DNA of 64,000 nt from an uncultured virus (IMG/VR IMGVR_UViG_3300046665_000306) (IMGVR_UViG_3300046665_000306:1-64000), one strand, 5' to 3'. Positions 19,101-26,893 are shown, counted from the stretch's first letter. The notes: a model not told the origin generated them from the sequence alone. Program-made: numbers and translations.

Positions 19101-19340
19101 CTACTCCTTTGTGCCGCAAGCTTTAAGGAATCGGGCGCGATCGAAACGCGGATTTGTTTTCGCCAATTCATCCGCGAAATGATACGCAATTTCTTTGCGC
19201 CATTCGTCACCATCGCCTAAGTTGTCAAAGACTGTCATATCTTTGATGATAGCCGCTATCGTGGCGAAATGCCTATGCTGCATCTCAGAACCTGCGTTGC
19301 GCGCGTCTTTCGCCGTTGCGGCTTTGGTGGAAAGTGTCAT
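19101..19340 (-). CDS. phage protein (RHF..IA...NPRFDRARFLKAC motif)
   Basis: SD TAAGGAG. Confidence 0.75.
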   Translation of the reverse strand: MTLSTKAATAKDARNAGSEMQHRHFATIAAIIKDMTVFDNLGDGDEWRKEIAYHFADELAKTNPRFDRARFLKACGTKE

Positions 19341-19399
19341 GTCAGTTGCTCCTTAAAGCGTTTCATCTTTCCTTACATTGAACCTAAAAAAGATTCAAG

Positions 19400-19639
19400 T
19401 CAAGAGTTTTTATAAATTTTTTCTATCTCTTTGCAAGGGTCGTAAGTGTAACCATCGATAGGATTCCATGCATATGTCACAAACCGGCATGAATGTTCGC
19501 CCTCATATGCGCCCATTTCGCACAGGCCGAAACACTGCGAGTCGCGGCGGACTGCTCTTAGAGTCCATTCAATTGTTTCATTGGCAAACGTATATGCCAA
19601 GCCGTTTGTATCAATGCCGAAGAGTCGGAAATAGATCAT
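19400..19639 (-). CDS. hypothetical early protein
   Basis: ATGA overlap with upstream gene. Confidence 0.65.
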   Translation of the reverse strand: MIYFRLFGIDTNGLAYTFANETIEWTLRAVRRDSQCFGLCEMGAYEGEHSCRFVTYAWNPIDGYTYDPCKEIEKIYKNS

Positions 19640-19842
19640 TTGACAAAACCCCGATTGCGGATTTTCTTTGCGGTCATATCTTTGAGATAGTACCACAATG
19701 GATTCTTGCTCTGCGTCAATTCGACGCCTTCAAAGAGCGAATCCGCCGTTTCTTTGTCACAATACCAGCCATAACCATCTTGCCCGTAAACCTCGTGTAG
19801 AGTTGGGATATGGATATAGGTCTTTTCATTGTAACCGGGCAT
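19636..19842 (-). CDS. hypothetical early protein
   Basis: SD TAAGGAG. Confidence 0.7.
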   Translation of the reverse strand: MPGYNEKTYIHIPTLHEVYGQDGYGWYCDKETADSLFEGVELTQSKNPLWYYLKDMTAKKIRNRGFVK

Positions 19843-19846
19843 AGCC

Positions 19847-20065
19847 TTAACTCCTTAAAGCGTTGTCAATGAAGGCTTTGGCTTGATCGATTGCATCAAG
19901 CAAATCGGTTTGCTCACAAATGAAAAGAGGCGAATTGCTTGCGCCAAGATAAACCGCAAGCCATGGCAAACCGTTGCCAGTTGAAAGGCTGATTTCATAG
20001 CCTTTATATTCAAACTTAACGCAAGCTTCAATCGGCTTGGCAGTTGGGATTTGAAACACTCGCAT
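19847..20065 (-). CDS. hypothetical early protein
   Basis: SD TAAGGAG. Confidence 0.7.
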   Translation of the reverse strand: MRVFQIPTAKPIEACVKFEYKGYEISLSTGNGLPWLAVYLGASNSPLFICEQTDLLDAIDQAKAFIDNALRS

Positions 20066-20085
20066 TAACGTTGCTCCTTAAAGCG

Positions 20086-20128
20086 TTGAACGTGAGACAA
20101 ACTTAATCTTACATTTGTCTCACGTCAA
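20086..20128 (-). promoter_or_regulatory. 43-bp palindromic sigma70 promoter with different arm sequence
   Basis: TTGA(A)CGTGAGACAAA...TTTGTCTCACGTCAA; TTGACG-17-TAAGTT. Confidence 0.8.
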
Positions 20129-20145
20129 GCGGCTTTTTGAATTTT

Positions 20146-20298
20146 TTATTTGTTTTCTTCCTGCTCTTTCTTTTCCGCCTTGAAAGCCGCAACCGCTTCT
20201 TTCTTGGTATAGTCGAGATAGGAGCGGCGCATTAGATAGCCGTCAACTATCTCTGAAATGTTCCATGCTCCTGAAACTGGATTGCGTTCAACAATCAT
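20146..20298 (-). CDS. small hypothetical protein (50 aa)
   Basis: MIVERNPVSGAWNISEIVDGYL; ATGA coupling. Confidence 0.65.
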   Translation of the reverse strand: MIVERNPVSGAWNISEIVDGYLMRRSYLDYTKKEAVAAFKAEKKEQEENK

Positions 20299-20414
20299 CG
20301 CGTTGCGCCTTTGTAATAGAACCATCTGCCATTGCGTTGCTGGATTCGGAACAAGTCGGAATTCTTCAAACCGCCTAGCCTAACCCATTCTTCCTTGTCG
20401 ATTTTGATTCTCAT
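20295..20414 (-). CDS. small hypothetical protein (39 aa)
   Basis: TAATG coupling to upstream gene. Confidence 0.55.
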   Translation of the reverse strand: MRIKIDKEEWVRLGGLKNSDLFRIQQRNGRWFYYKGATR

Positions 20415-21007
20415 TATCCAAACCTTTCACCGTTTGCGGTAAACGTATATTCGTTGATACGAATATTTTCATCAACGTTTTCGTTGCTCATGTAATCGTT
20501 GTAAGCCTTTTCAAGCTCGCGATATATCCAACGCATGAAATCGCGCATGTATTCCTTGATACTCGTTTCAAGCGTCTCATTGATAAAATGCCCGTTCTTG
20601 TGTTCAACGTCAATATCGGCGGAATGTTCGTGATAGTATCGCCCGCTATGCCGAACCGTAGCAGTTAGGCAATATAGCGCCTTCTTTTGGATATCCTGCA
20701 ATTCCTTTGCCAGCGTCACAAGCGTATCGCAACCGCCAGTATGTGCCGCAATAGCAGCGCCAGCGCCTTTGCGATACTGGTATGAACCTTCAAAGCAAGC
20801 CCCGTCGCCTTGGGACCAAAAACCGCTGAAATAGATTTTATCAACGGTTATTCCTAGCAGCGCGCCGCATTCCGTAACGTCTTCAAAAGTGTATTCAAAC
20901 CAATCATCATTGCGCGCCAACTCTTTCCACCAATTGCGCGCCGTGTCTTTCGCGGATTCGTTCAATTCGTCAAACTTGAAAACCGTGGTTTCGATGATTG
21001 AAGGCAT
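20414..21007 (-). CDS. mobile-element/phage early protein (YFSGFWSQGDGACF family)
   Basis: FKFDEL.E.AK..AR.W and YFSGFWSQGDGACFEG motifs. Confidence 0.7.
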   Translation of the reverse strand: MPSIIETTVFKFDELNESAKDTARNWWKELARNDDWFEYTFEDVTECGALLGITVDKIYFSGFWSQGDGACFEGSYQYRKGAGAAIAAHTGGCDTLVTLAKELQDIQKKALYCLTATVRHSGRYYHEHSADIDVEHKNGHFINETLETSIKEYMRDFMRWIYRELEKAYNDYMSNENVDENIRINEYTFTANGERFG

Positions 21008-21099
21008 TGCCTTAGCTCCTATGTGAAAGGCGTTTCGATATGCACAACTTAGATGTAAGGAAAAATCGTGTCAACACAAAAATTAAATTATTTTTCCTA

Positions 21100-21128
21100 T
21101 TGACTTCGATAGCGGAATCGCTTAAATT
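21100..21128 (+). promoter_or_regulatory. sigma70-like promoter facing non-coding DNA
   Basis: TTGACT-17-TAAATT, GAATC in spacer. Confidence 0.65.
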
Positions 21129-21205
21129 AAAAGTACATCAAGGATGCAGCGCTGCGAAGCGGGGCGGAGGTGGGGAGAATGAGGGATGGGATTTTTTTTA
21201 AAACG

Positions 21206-21220
21206 GAACAAAACAAGAAC
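21206..21220. promoter_or_regulatory. alphaproteobacterial LexA box
   Basis: GAAC-AAAACAA-GAAC. Confidence 0.7.
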
Positions 21221-21368
21221 AAGCCGCGCCTAATATAGACGCGGCTAATTGATTATCGTGGCATATGCAAGCAATCGCCAGCCTTGCCGATTTGATTCAG
21301 CCGGTAGAACCTGCCATTTAGATAAAGGCAAATCCACCAATAGCCGTCAATTAGATGATACTTAAACA

Positions 21369-21584
21369 TCATTCCACCTTCTTAATCAGCCCGTTTTCCA
21401 TCGTGATCTTTGCGAAGAATTCGCGACCGGCAAGGCCTGTAACGGCGGGGCGATGAGCCGCAACAAACGTTCCATTGGCTTTGAACTCAGCGCCGAATAT
21501 GGACGTTTCGCGATACTTCAAAGGCTTGCCAATCGCGGTTTCCTTCATTTCCTTCTTGCTCTTATAACCGGTAAGTAGCATCAT
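21369..21584 (-). CDS. small phage protein (YKSKKEMKE..RETSIFG.EF motif)
   Basis: SD TAAGGAG; own promoter. Confidence 0.75.
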   Translation of the reverse strand: MMLLTGYKSKKEMKETAIGKPLKYRETSIFGAEFKANGTFVAAHRPAVTGLAGREFFAKITMENGLIKKVE

Positions 21585-21694
21585 TTCCGTTACTCCTTAG
21601 TTGCGTTGTTTCGTTATGTCCAATGTAAGGAAAAGGTGGAACGTGTCAACAAAAATCTTTTATAAAAATAATTTTATTTCGTGCCGATTTTCTA

Positions 21695-21723
21695 TTGACT
21701 TCAAATCGGGAATCGAATAATCT
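21695..21723 (+). promoter_or_regulatory. sigma70-like promoter facing LexA-box array
   Basis: TTGACT-17-TAATCT, GAATC in spacer. Confidence 0.65.
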
Positions 21724-21804
21724 AAATTCAATTCAAAGACAGGCGAGAGGCGCGGAGCGCTGGCCCGAGGATGGGAACGGCGAACCTGCCCGCTTTTTAA
21801 ATCG

Positions 21805-21947
21805 GAACAAACAGGGAACAAACCATGAACAGGAACAAAACGTGAACAAAGATATAACATAAGGAGAACAAAACTGTAACATACAGAGAACGGCGGAACA
21901 AACCGTGAACAAACCAAGAACACCGCAATGTTCACGGTTTGTTCCGC
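21805..21947. repeat. array of 11-bp-phased GAAC half-sites (tandem alphaproteobacterial LexA boxes)
   Basis: 14 half-sites; six perfect GAAC-N7-GAAC/GTTC-N7-GTTC pairs and four with TAAC. Confidence 0.8.
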
Positions 21948-22025
21948 TTGATTTTTAAAAAATTTTGAAATATTTTTAAATAAAATTGAAACGCTCGCGC
22001 GCCAGATTTCGCCACAGCGCGCCAG

Positions 22026-22100
22026 AAAAAACGGACTCTTGTGATGAATGAAAAATGAGAGTTCGTGATAAATAAAAATTGGACTCTTGTGATGAAAGAA
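22026..22100. repeat. three 24-bp direct repeats (iteron-like)
   Basis: GTGAT(G/A) at 22041, 22065, 22089; units 1 and 3 share GGACTCTTGTGATGAA. Confidence 0.7.
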
Positions 22101-22492
22101 AAACCGGCTGTCTCGATCCTTCAAAATTGTGATAAGGAGGGTCACAATCCTGCGGGAGAGACGAGCCGGTTCGAGCAACGTTTGGAAAGAGGTTGAACCA
22201 AACGTTGTTTCTGCGATGTGTTAGAACTGGTGCCACGTTCTAGGTGTATGAGAGGATATTTGTCAACAACTCCATCATAGCAGGGCTTTAACCCACGCAC
22301 CAGTCATGATCGATTACTCACTTAGGTTCTCCACCAACGAGCCGCTTGTTGCAGTTCGCGACTTTTCGGAAATTGAACCATATCATCCTAATACGCGGAT
22401 GCCTCTCGGCTGGCGGGCCACTAATGCTGCAAACATTAGCTAGAGGTTTTCATCAACCATGTGCTACTGTCTAAACGACTAAAACGATTCTG

Positions 22493-22708
22493 TCAAGCCG
22501 TTTGTTTCGAAACACGTCTCACACCGAAATCAGGATCGTTTACCGTTTCGCCATTGAATTTAACAGCGACTCGCCTGATGGTGCAAACATCAGCGCTGGG
22601 ATACTCCCTGAAGAATTCGTTGCTGGCGCGGCGCATATCGGCAAAGGGTCGTGTTACTCTGATTGCGCCGCTTGCAATACCAAATGCGACATATTTGTTG
22701 TAGTTCAT
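22493..22708 (-). CDS. hypothetical protein
   Basis: SD AAAGGAG. Confidence 0.65.
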   Translation of the reverse strand: MNYNKYVAFGIASGAIRVTRPFADMRRASNEFFREYPSADVCTIRRVAVKFNGETVNDPDFGVRRVSKQTA

Positions 22709-22736
22709 GACATGTTCTCCTTTATATTAGTGATTT

Positions 22737-22949
22737 CTAAATCGTGATTTTGCTGGCATGGAAGTGAGGCACCTCCAAATTTCTTGAGGGTCCCTGACCT
22801 ATGTCAAATTCTAAAAGGGTCCCGGCCTCATCTAAAACCTTGTGGAACCTTCCGCGTGCCAGCGAGCAGGCCAATACGACAAGCTCGGCTAGGTCAAGAT
22901 CGTTGGTCTTGATTATGGTTTGGTTATCACTGTCACGTACCGTATACAT
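22737..22949 (-). CDS. hypothetical protein
   Basis: 70-aa ORF, SD GGGGAG. Confidence 0.6.
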   Translation of the reverse strand: MYTVRDSDNQTIIKTNDLDLAELVVLACSLARGRFHKVLDEAGTLLEFDIGQGPSRNLEVPHFHASKITI

Positions 22950-23022
22950 CTCATGTCAACTCCCCGAATCTAACTATATACAGAACTTAACATATGTTAA
23001 ATGTAAGGTAAAGTGGAATCAT

Positions 23023-23057
23023 AAAAATAGTCCGGTGGATTACTCTACCGGACTATT
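23023..23057 (-). terminator. intrinsic terminator
   Basis: AATAGTCCGGTAGA/TCCACCGGACTATT then T-run. Confidence 0.7.
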
Positions 23058-23091
23058 GACTTTAAGTAATGGTTAATAAAGCGAGACGTAA

Positions 23092-23367
23092 TCAAGCCGC
23101 CGTCTTAGCCTTCCAAGACTTGCTCAGGTTCAGCAGAGCCTTGCCGCGAGCCGTGGGACCGTAGACGATCTTCTTGCGGCCCCGGCCCTGATCCTTGACA
23201 GCCTGAGTCGTGACGCGGCCCGCTTCAGCGACATAACCCATGTCGATAAGCTCGCGAACCACAGCATATTTCAGCGTGCCGCCTTCCTTTTCCCACGTGT
23301 CGCCATTAACGATAGCCTTCAGCTGAGCCACGACGCCGACCTTGCTCTTAAGTTCCTTACGTGCCAT
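23092..23367 (-). CDS. small basic DNA-binding protein, winged-helix-like
   Basis: ELIDMGYV...GRGRKKIVYGPTARG; SD AAGGAG. Confidence 0.6.
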   Translation of the reverse strand: MARKELKSKVGVVAQLKAIVNGDTWEKEGGTLKYAVVRELIDMGYVAEAGRVTTQAVKDQGRGRKKIVYGPTARGKALLNLSKSWKAKTAA

Positions 23368-23476
23368 TTTGAAATCTCCTTCTGTTGGATTTGGTTGGTT
23401 TACATTTCGTCTTTCAATGACCTTAATCTAGTATTCTTTTCTTACTTCGTCAAGGCCTTATTTTAAGTTTTGTAGA

Positions 23477-23665
23477 TTATTTTTCATCCCTATCCAAAAC
23501 ATTATCTTCGTGGTGCCACCATTGGCTCTTGGCTTCATTGTACTGAAGCACTTGATAGAGCGTGGAACCATGGCCACCAGTGGCAGTGATGTGGCCGTTG
23601 TTGAAACGCTCTTCAAAGCCGTTCCAGACTCGAACCTTGTCACCGATTTCTCTAAACTGTTTCAT
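23477..23665 (-). CDS. small SH3/KOW-like protein (paralog of next)
   Basis: MKQFREIGDKVRV...VLDRDE. Confidence 0.7.
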   Translation of the reverse strand: MKQFREIGDKVRVWNGFEERFNNGHITATGGHGSTLYQVLQYNEAKSQWWHHEDNVLDRDEK

Positions 23666-23856
23666 TCCTCATCCTCCCGATCCAAAACTTCGCCAGCGCT
23701 GTACCAAGCCTTGCTGTGAGGATAGGCGTCTTGCTGCACATAGTAAGACGTTTCGCCAAAGCTCTTCTTGATATGCAAGACAGTGCCATTCTTGTACCGC
23801 TCTTCGCTGAGGTTCAAGACTCTAACTCCATCACCTATCTTTCTGAACTGTCTCAT
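23662..23856 (-). CDS. small SH3/KOW-like protein (paralog of previous)
   Basis: MRQFRKIGDGVRV...VLDRED; SD AAGGAG. Confidence 0.7.
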   Translation of the reverse strand: MRQFRKIGDGVRVLNLSEERYKNGTVLHIKKSFGETSYYVQQDAYPHSKAWYSAGEVLDREDEE

Positions 23857-24147
23857 CGCTGTCTCCTTCGTGGTTTGAAACTTTAATAAATTCACAATAG
23901 GCCGAACGTTCTCCCCTGTCAAGGGGAAATGTCATAGAAGAAGCATTATCTTACATGTTTTTTCCTTACTAGTAAGAAAAGATAAGTGACTGATTTTTAT
24001 ATCGAATCATTGGTCAGTGAGAGATTTCTAAAATACGTATTCTTACGATAGGAATATTTTCAGGGCTCACTTGTCAGAAAAAGTCATGGTTTGTGATGAT
24101 GGATTTTTCCTTACATCGGTGTCCTAGGTCCTAGGACAGCGGACATG

Positions 24148-24175
24148 AAAAAGGGCCGGTACGATCCGGCCCTGT
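24148..24175 (-). terminator. intrinsic terminator
   Basis: AGGGCCGG/CCGGCCCT then TTTT. Confidence 0.7.
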
Positions 24176-24183
24176 TCAAATTT

Positions 24184-24399
24184 TTAGAGGGTCCCTTTGG
24201 AGGTGGGTGAAAGCTTGATTACGATTTCCTTCCATCCATCGAAGCGCGAGTGAATAAAATGCATATCTATGACTCGGCCTACCTTACCGGGGATGGCTAC
24301 TGATGATCCAACGGGTGGGATCACAGATGATTGCATGGTGAATTCTTGTTCAGCGTTAACTTCCAAGTCCCACCATTTGAATTTGATGTGCTGATCCAT
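24184..24399 (-). CDS. hypothetical protein
   Basis: SD AAGGAG. Confidence 0.65.
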   Translation of the reverse strand: MDQHIKFKWWDLEVNAEQEFTMQSSVIPPVGSSVAIPGKVGRVIDMHFIHSRFDGWKEIVIKLSPTSKGTL

Positions 24400-24453
24400 T
24401 TTGTCTCCTTCGTGATGCATATTAGAGAGATGTGAAGTGCGAAGCTTACAGTT

Positions 24454-24666
24454 TTAAAGACTGTTGTACTGCTGGATCGCTTCATCGAGCGTAGCGAATC
24501 CACCAGTGTAGGAGCCGTGCGCATCGGTCTTCTCGACACGATACATAAAGTCATTATCGTATGGAGAAAAGATGAGTGTGAGAGTCTTATTATCCGCTGT
24601 AGAGGCGGCAAGTTGATGCTTCACCAAGTGCATGACGTAATTGTTGATGTGAACCGTGTGAGACAT
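24454..24666 (-). CDS. hypothetical protein
   Basis: SD AAAGGAG; promoter TTGACA-17-TACATT upstream. Confidence 0.7.
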   Translation of the reverse strand: MSHTVHINNYVMHLVKHQLAASTADNKTLTLIFSPYDNDFMYRVEKTDAHGSYTGGFATLDEAIQQYNSL

Positions 24667-25003
24667 TTAAATTCTCCTTTTCGAGTAAGAAATCAGTTGT
24701 TTAAACTTTATAACCTGAATGTAAGAAAATGTAAAAGCCTTGTCAAGCCCTTGTTGCGCCATTTTTTCAATTTAATTTTTTAAAAATTCACATTTCTACG
24801 ACATATAGCTGGTCAGCTATGAATTGTGATCCGCTAAGTTGTTAAAAAATAAGGATTTTAAATTTTGAGCCTAAGAATCAGAGATAAAATTTCAATTTAT
24901 TTTATAAAAATTAATATTTAACTTTTAAAAAATTTAAAATCCGGCAGTTAAATGAACCATATTGATATTTATACCAGTTTCAATTTGCAATCAGTTTTAG
25001 TGT

Positions 25004-25032
25004 TTGACACGTATATTATAATGAGTTAGATT
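25004..25032 (+). promoter_or_regulatory. sigma70-like promoter
   Basis: TTGACA-17-TAGATT. Confidence 0.65.
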
Positions 25033-25060
25033 GCAGGAAATGAGCAATAAGGAGGTTTTG

Positions 25061-25228
25061 ATGCGTGTTCCCAAGGTCAGAAAGCGCCGGTATTATGATT
25101 TGACTACCTATGGTAAAAATTATATGGAAAGCGATAATGACTTCATTGAAAATAATCTGGACGCTTGTGTCTGGTTTCTGGAACATCGAGACGAAATCAA
25201 TAAGCTGTTGAAGGAGAAGCAATCGTGA
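25061..25228 (+). CDS. hypothetical protein
   Basis: SD TAAGGAGG. Confidence 0.7.
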   Translation: MRVPKVRKRRYYDLTTYGKNYMESDNDFIENNLDACVWFLEHRDEINKLLKEKQS

Positions 25229-25527
25229 AACTGTTTCATTGGAACATGAGCGAAGCATTGAGCCGAGTCGGTTGGGGTCATATCATTGTCATGGCGCATG
25301 ATTTAGAATTCGCGCGGCTTATTGCGGAAAGAAATTTCGTTCTTTATCTGATGGAGGATGAAAGTGCTCCGCGACATTGGGTAGTTGATCTATACGGCCC
25401 TGATGTTGACAAATGGGACGAAGATGATCGGCAGGAATATTTTGATTTGATCAAAAGATTTAAAGCCGATATCGCTAAGGAACCTATTGACAACAAAATC
25501 GCTTTGTTTATACAGGGAAGTGAATGA
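25225..25527 (+). CDS. hypothetical protein
   Basis: GTGA coupling, SD AAGGAG. Confidence 0.7.
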   Translation: MKLFHWNMSEALSRVGWGHIIVMAHDLEFARLIAERNFVLYLMEDESAPRHWVVDLYGPDVDKWDEDDRQEYFDLIKRFKADIAKEPIDNKIALFIQGSE

Positions 25528-25733
25528 TGCGAATCTTAAAAGAAGTTGGAGGCTCAGCCGGGACGCGTTTCGCGGCTGACGTTGGCTATTTCAGGATTGA
25601 ATTTGCATCTAATTCGATTTGGTATTTTTTCGAAGGTGCGATAATTCAAAACGGCGCATTGACTTTGGATGAGGTTTGCAAGATGAATGGTGTGACGCTG
25701 GTCTATCAAGAGGAGACACAAAATGCTTATTGA
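25524..25733 (+). CDS. hypothetical protein
   Basis: ATGA coupling. Confidence 0.6.
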   Translation: MMRILKEVGGSAGTRFAADVGYFRIEFASNSIWYFFEGAIIQNGALTLDEVCKMNGVTLVYQEETQNAY

Positions 25734-25911
25734 GTATCCGGAAGAAAGAGAATTGCCAGATGATTACCCGATTTACGGTGGGTATTTTTATGTCGCGGAT
25801 GGTAAGGTTATCGTCAGTGATTGGCACGGTATCACGGCGAGGGAGTTTAAGAACCGAGAGGGTGTCGAGGTTCTGAAGAACTGTGACATGGGTGGAAGGA
25901 ATTTGTTTTAA
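25723..25911 (+). CDS. hypothetical protein
   Basis: SD GAGGAG. Confidence 0.7.
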   Translation: MLIEYPEERELPDDYPIYGGYFYVADGKVIVSDWHGITAREFKNREGVEVLKNCDMGGRNLF

Positions 25912-25922
25912 AGGAGAAATTA

Positions 25923-26219
25923 ATGTCTGGTGAATATATGGATGAATCCTATCAAGAAGCTGATAATGTTATTGAGATGATGAAAACGCACCTTGATAAA
26001 GATTATACAGCGGGGCGCGAGGAAATCGCTCGTGTCTTCGATGAAGACATTTGGAACGGTAATTGGGAGTCCGTCACGGATTTTGGCATTGAAGGTCTTG
26101 AAGACCTACGTTTCATTCAGGAAGATGAATACGATCAGCATATGGATGATGATCCTGACAAGCCGACGTGGGAAGATATGATTCTTTCTGGCAGTGGTTA
26201 TTACGTTTGGTACGCGTGA
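25923..26219 (+). CDS. very acidic hypothetical protein
   Basis: SD AAAGGAG; D/E-rich. Confidence 0.7.
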   Translation: MSGEYMDESYQEADNVIEMMKTHLDKDYTAGREEIARVFDEDIWNGNWESVTDFGIEGLEDLRFIQEDEYDQHMDDDPDKPTWEDMILSGSGYYVWYA

Positions 26220-26440
26220 TTTAATAAAATAGCTGTTGACACAACGATCTAAATCTTCTAAAACTTAATCATCGAAGAGGTAAAGAGGAGAAGAGAATTA
26301 TGACATTCGCTGCATGGGAAAAGAAGATTAGATTGCTTGATGAATTTATTCTCATCTTCACTACTATGGCAAGCGATGGCACAGTGACAAGTGCGTTTAC
26401 TGTAAACGGTAATACTTGGAAACTTTAAGGAGGATATGAC

Positions 26441-26641
26441 ATGGCTACGGATCGCACCACCTACACCAACGGCAACGGTCGTCACGCTTACGAAGTCTAT
26501 GCCTACGAAGATAAGCAGTGCCGCGTGACTAAAAATTTCAAAGAGAAAATCTTTGAGGTTCATGCTTCAAATCGTAACCAAGCAGCGCGGCGTGTCGAGC
26601 GGGATGGTTACGAGGTTAGCTCAGTAAATATGATTGGTTGA
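26441..26641 (+). CDS. hypothetical protein
   Basis: SD AAGGAGG. Confidence 0.7.
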   Translation: MATDRTTYTNGNGRHAYEVYAYEDKQCRVTKNFKEKIFEVHASNRNQAARRVERDGYEVSSVNMIG

Positions 26642-26653
26642 GAGGAGGGTAAA

Positions 26654-26836
26654 ATGTCTTTCAAAATCGTTGCAGGTGCCCATCAAACAGTCATGGAATT
26701 TGGTGGTGATAATTCAACACTGGAAGAAATGATCGAAAAGGCGAAGAGTATCGCGAAGAAATACGAAATCGATGAAGTGCTTGTTCTGGAAACGAAAGAG
26801 GTTTTTTCTACAAAAAGAAATAAAAAATCTTCTTGA
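26654..26836 (+). CDS. hypothetical protein
   Basis: SD AGGAGG. Confidence 0.7.
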   Translation: MSFKIVAGAHQTVMEFGGDNSTLEEMIEKAKSIAKKYEIDEVLVLETKEVFSTKRNKKSS

Positions 26837-26861
26837 CATTTCAGATAGTTGGTGTTAAGTT
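26833..26861 (+). promoter_or_regulatory. promoter of tRNA/ncRNA operon
   Basis: TTGACA-17-TAAGTT with TG extension. Confidence 0.75.
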
Positions 26862-26893
26862 AGAATCATCAAAGAGTTGTTAAGGAGAATTAA

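Larger units (their letters stand above)
11250..22000. repeat. putative long direct terminal repeat / first-transferred early region (boundaries approximate)
   Basis: block of co-oriented tiny genes with a private set of promoters, RBSs and hairpins, bounded by non-coding repeat-rich ends; only one copy visible. Confidence 0.45.

Noticed and set aside
13752..20128. Repeated palindromes as a CRISPR array
   Set aside because: Spacing is irregular (0.3-2 kb), the intervals are genes, and no cas genes are visible; the repeats are promoters.
22126..22149. CRP/Clr site
   Set aside because: TGTGA and TCACA are 9 bp apart rather than 6.
21660..22178. 172-aa minus-strand ORF
   Set aside because: Translation of the repeat arrays (FVP/CSR, FFHHK repeats) with no SD; more likely non-coding.
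24780..24960. CtrA boxes or origin in the AT-rich divergent region
   Set aside because: I found no clean TTAA-N7-TTAA or DnaA boxes; it reads as an AT-rich spacer between divergent promoters.
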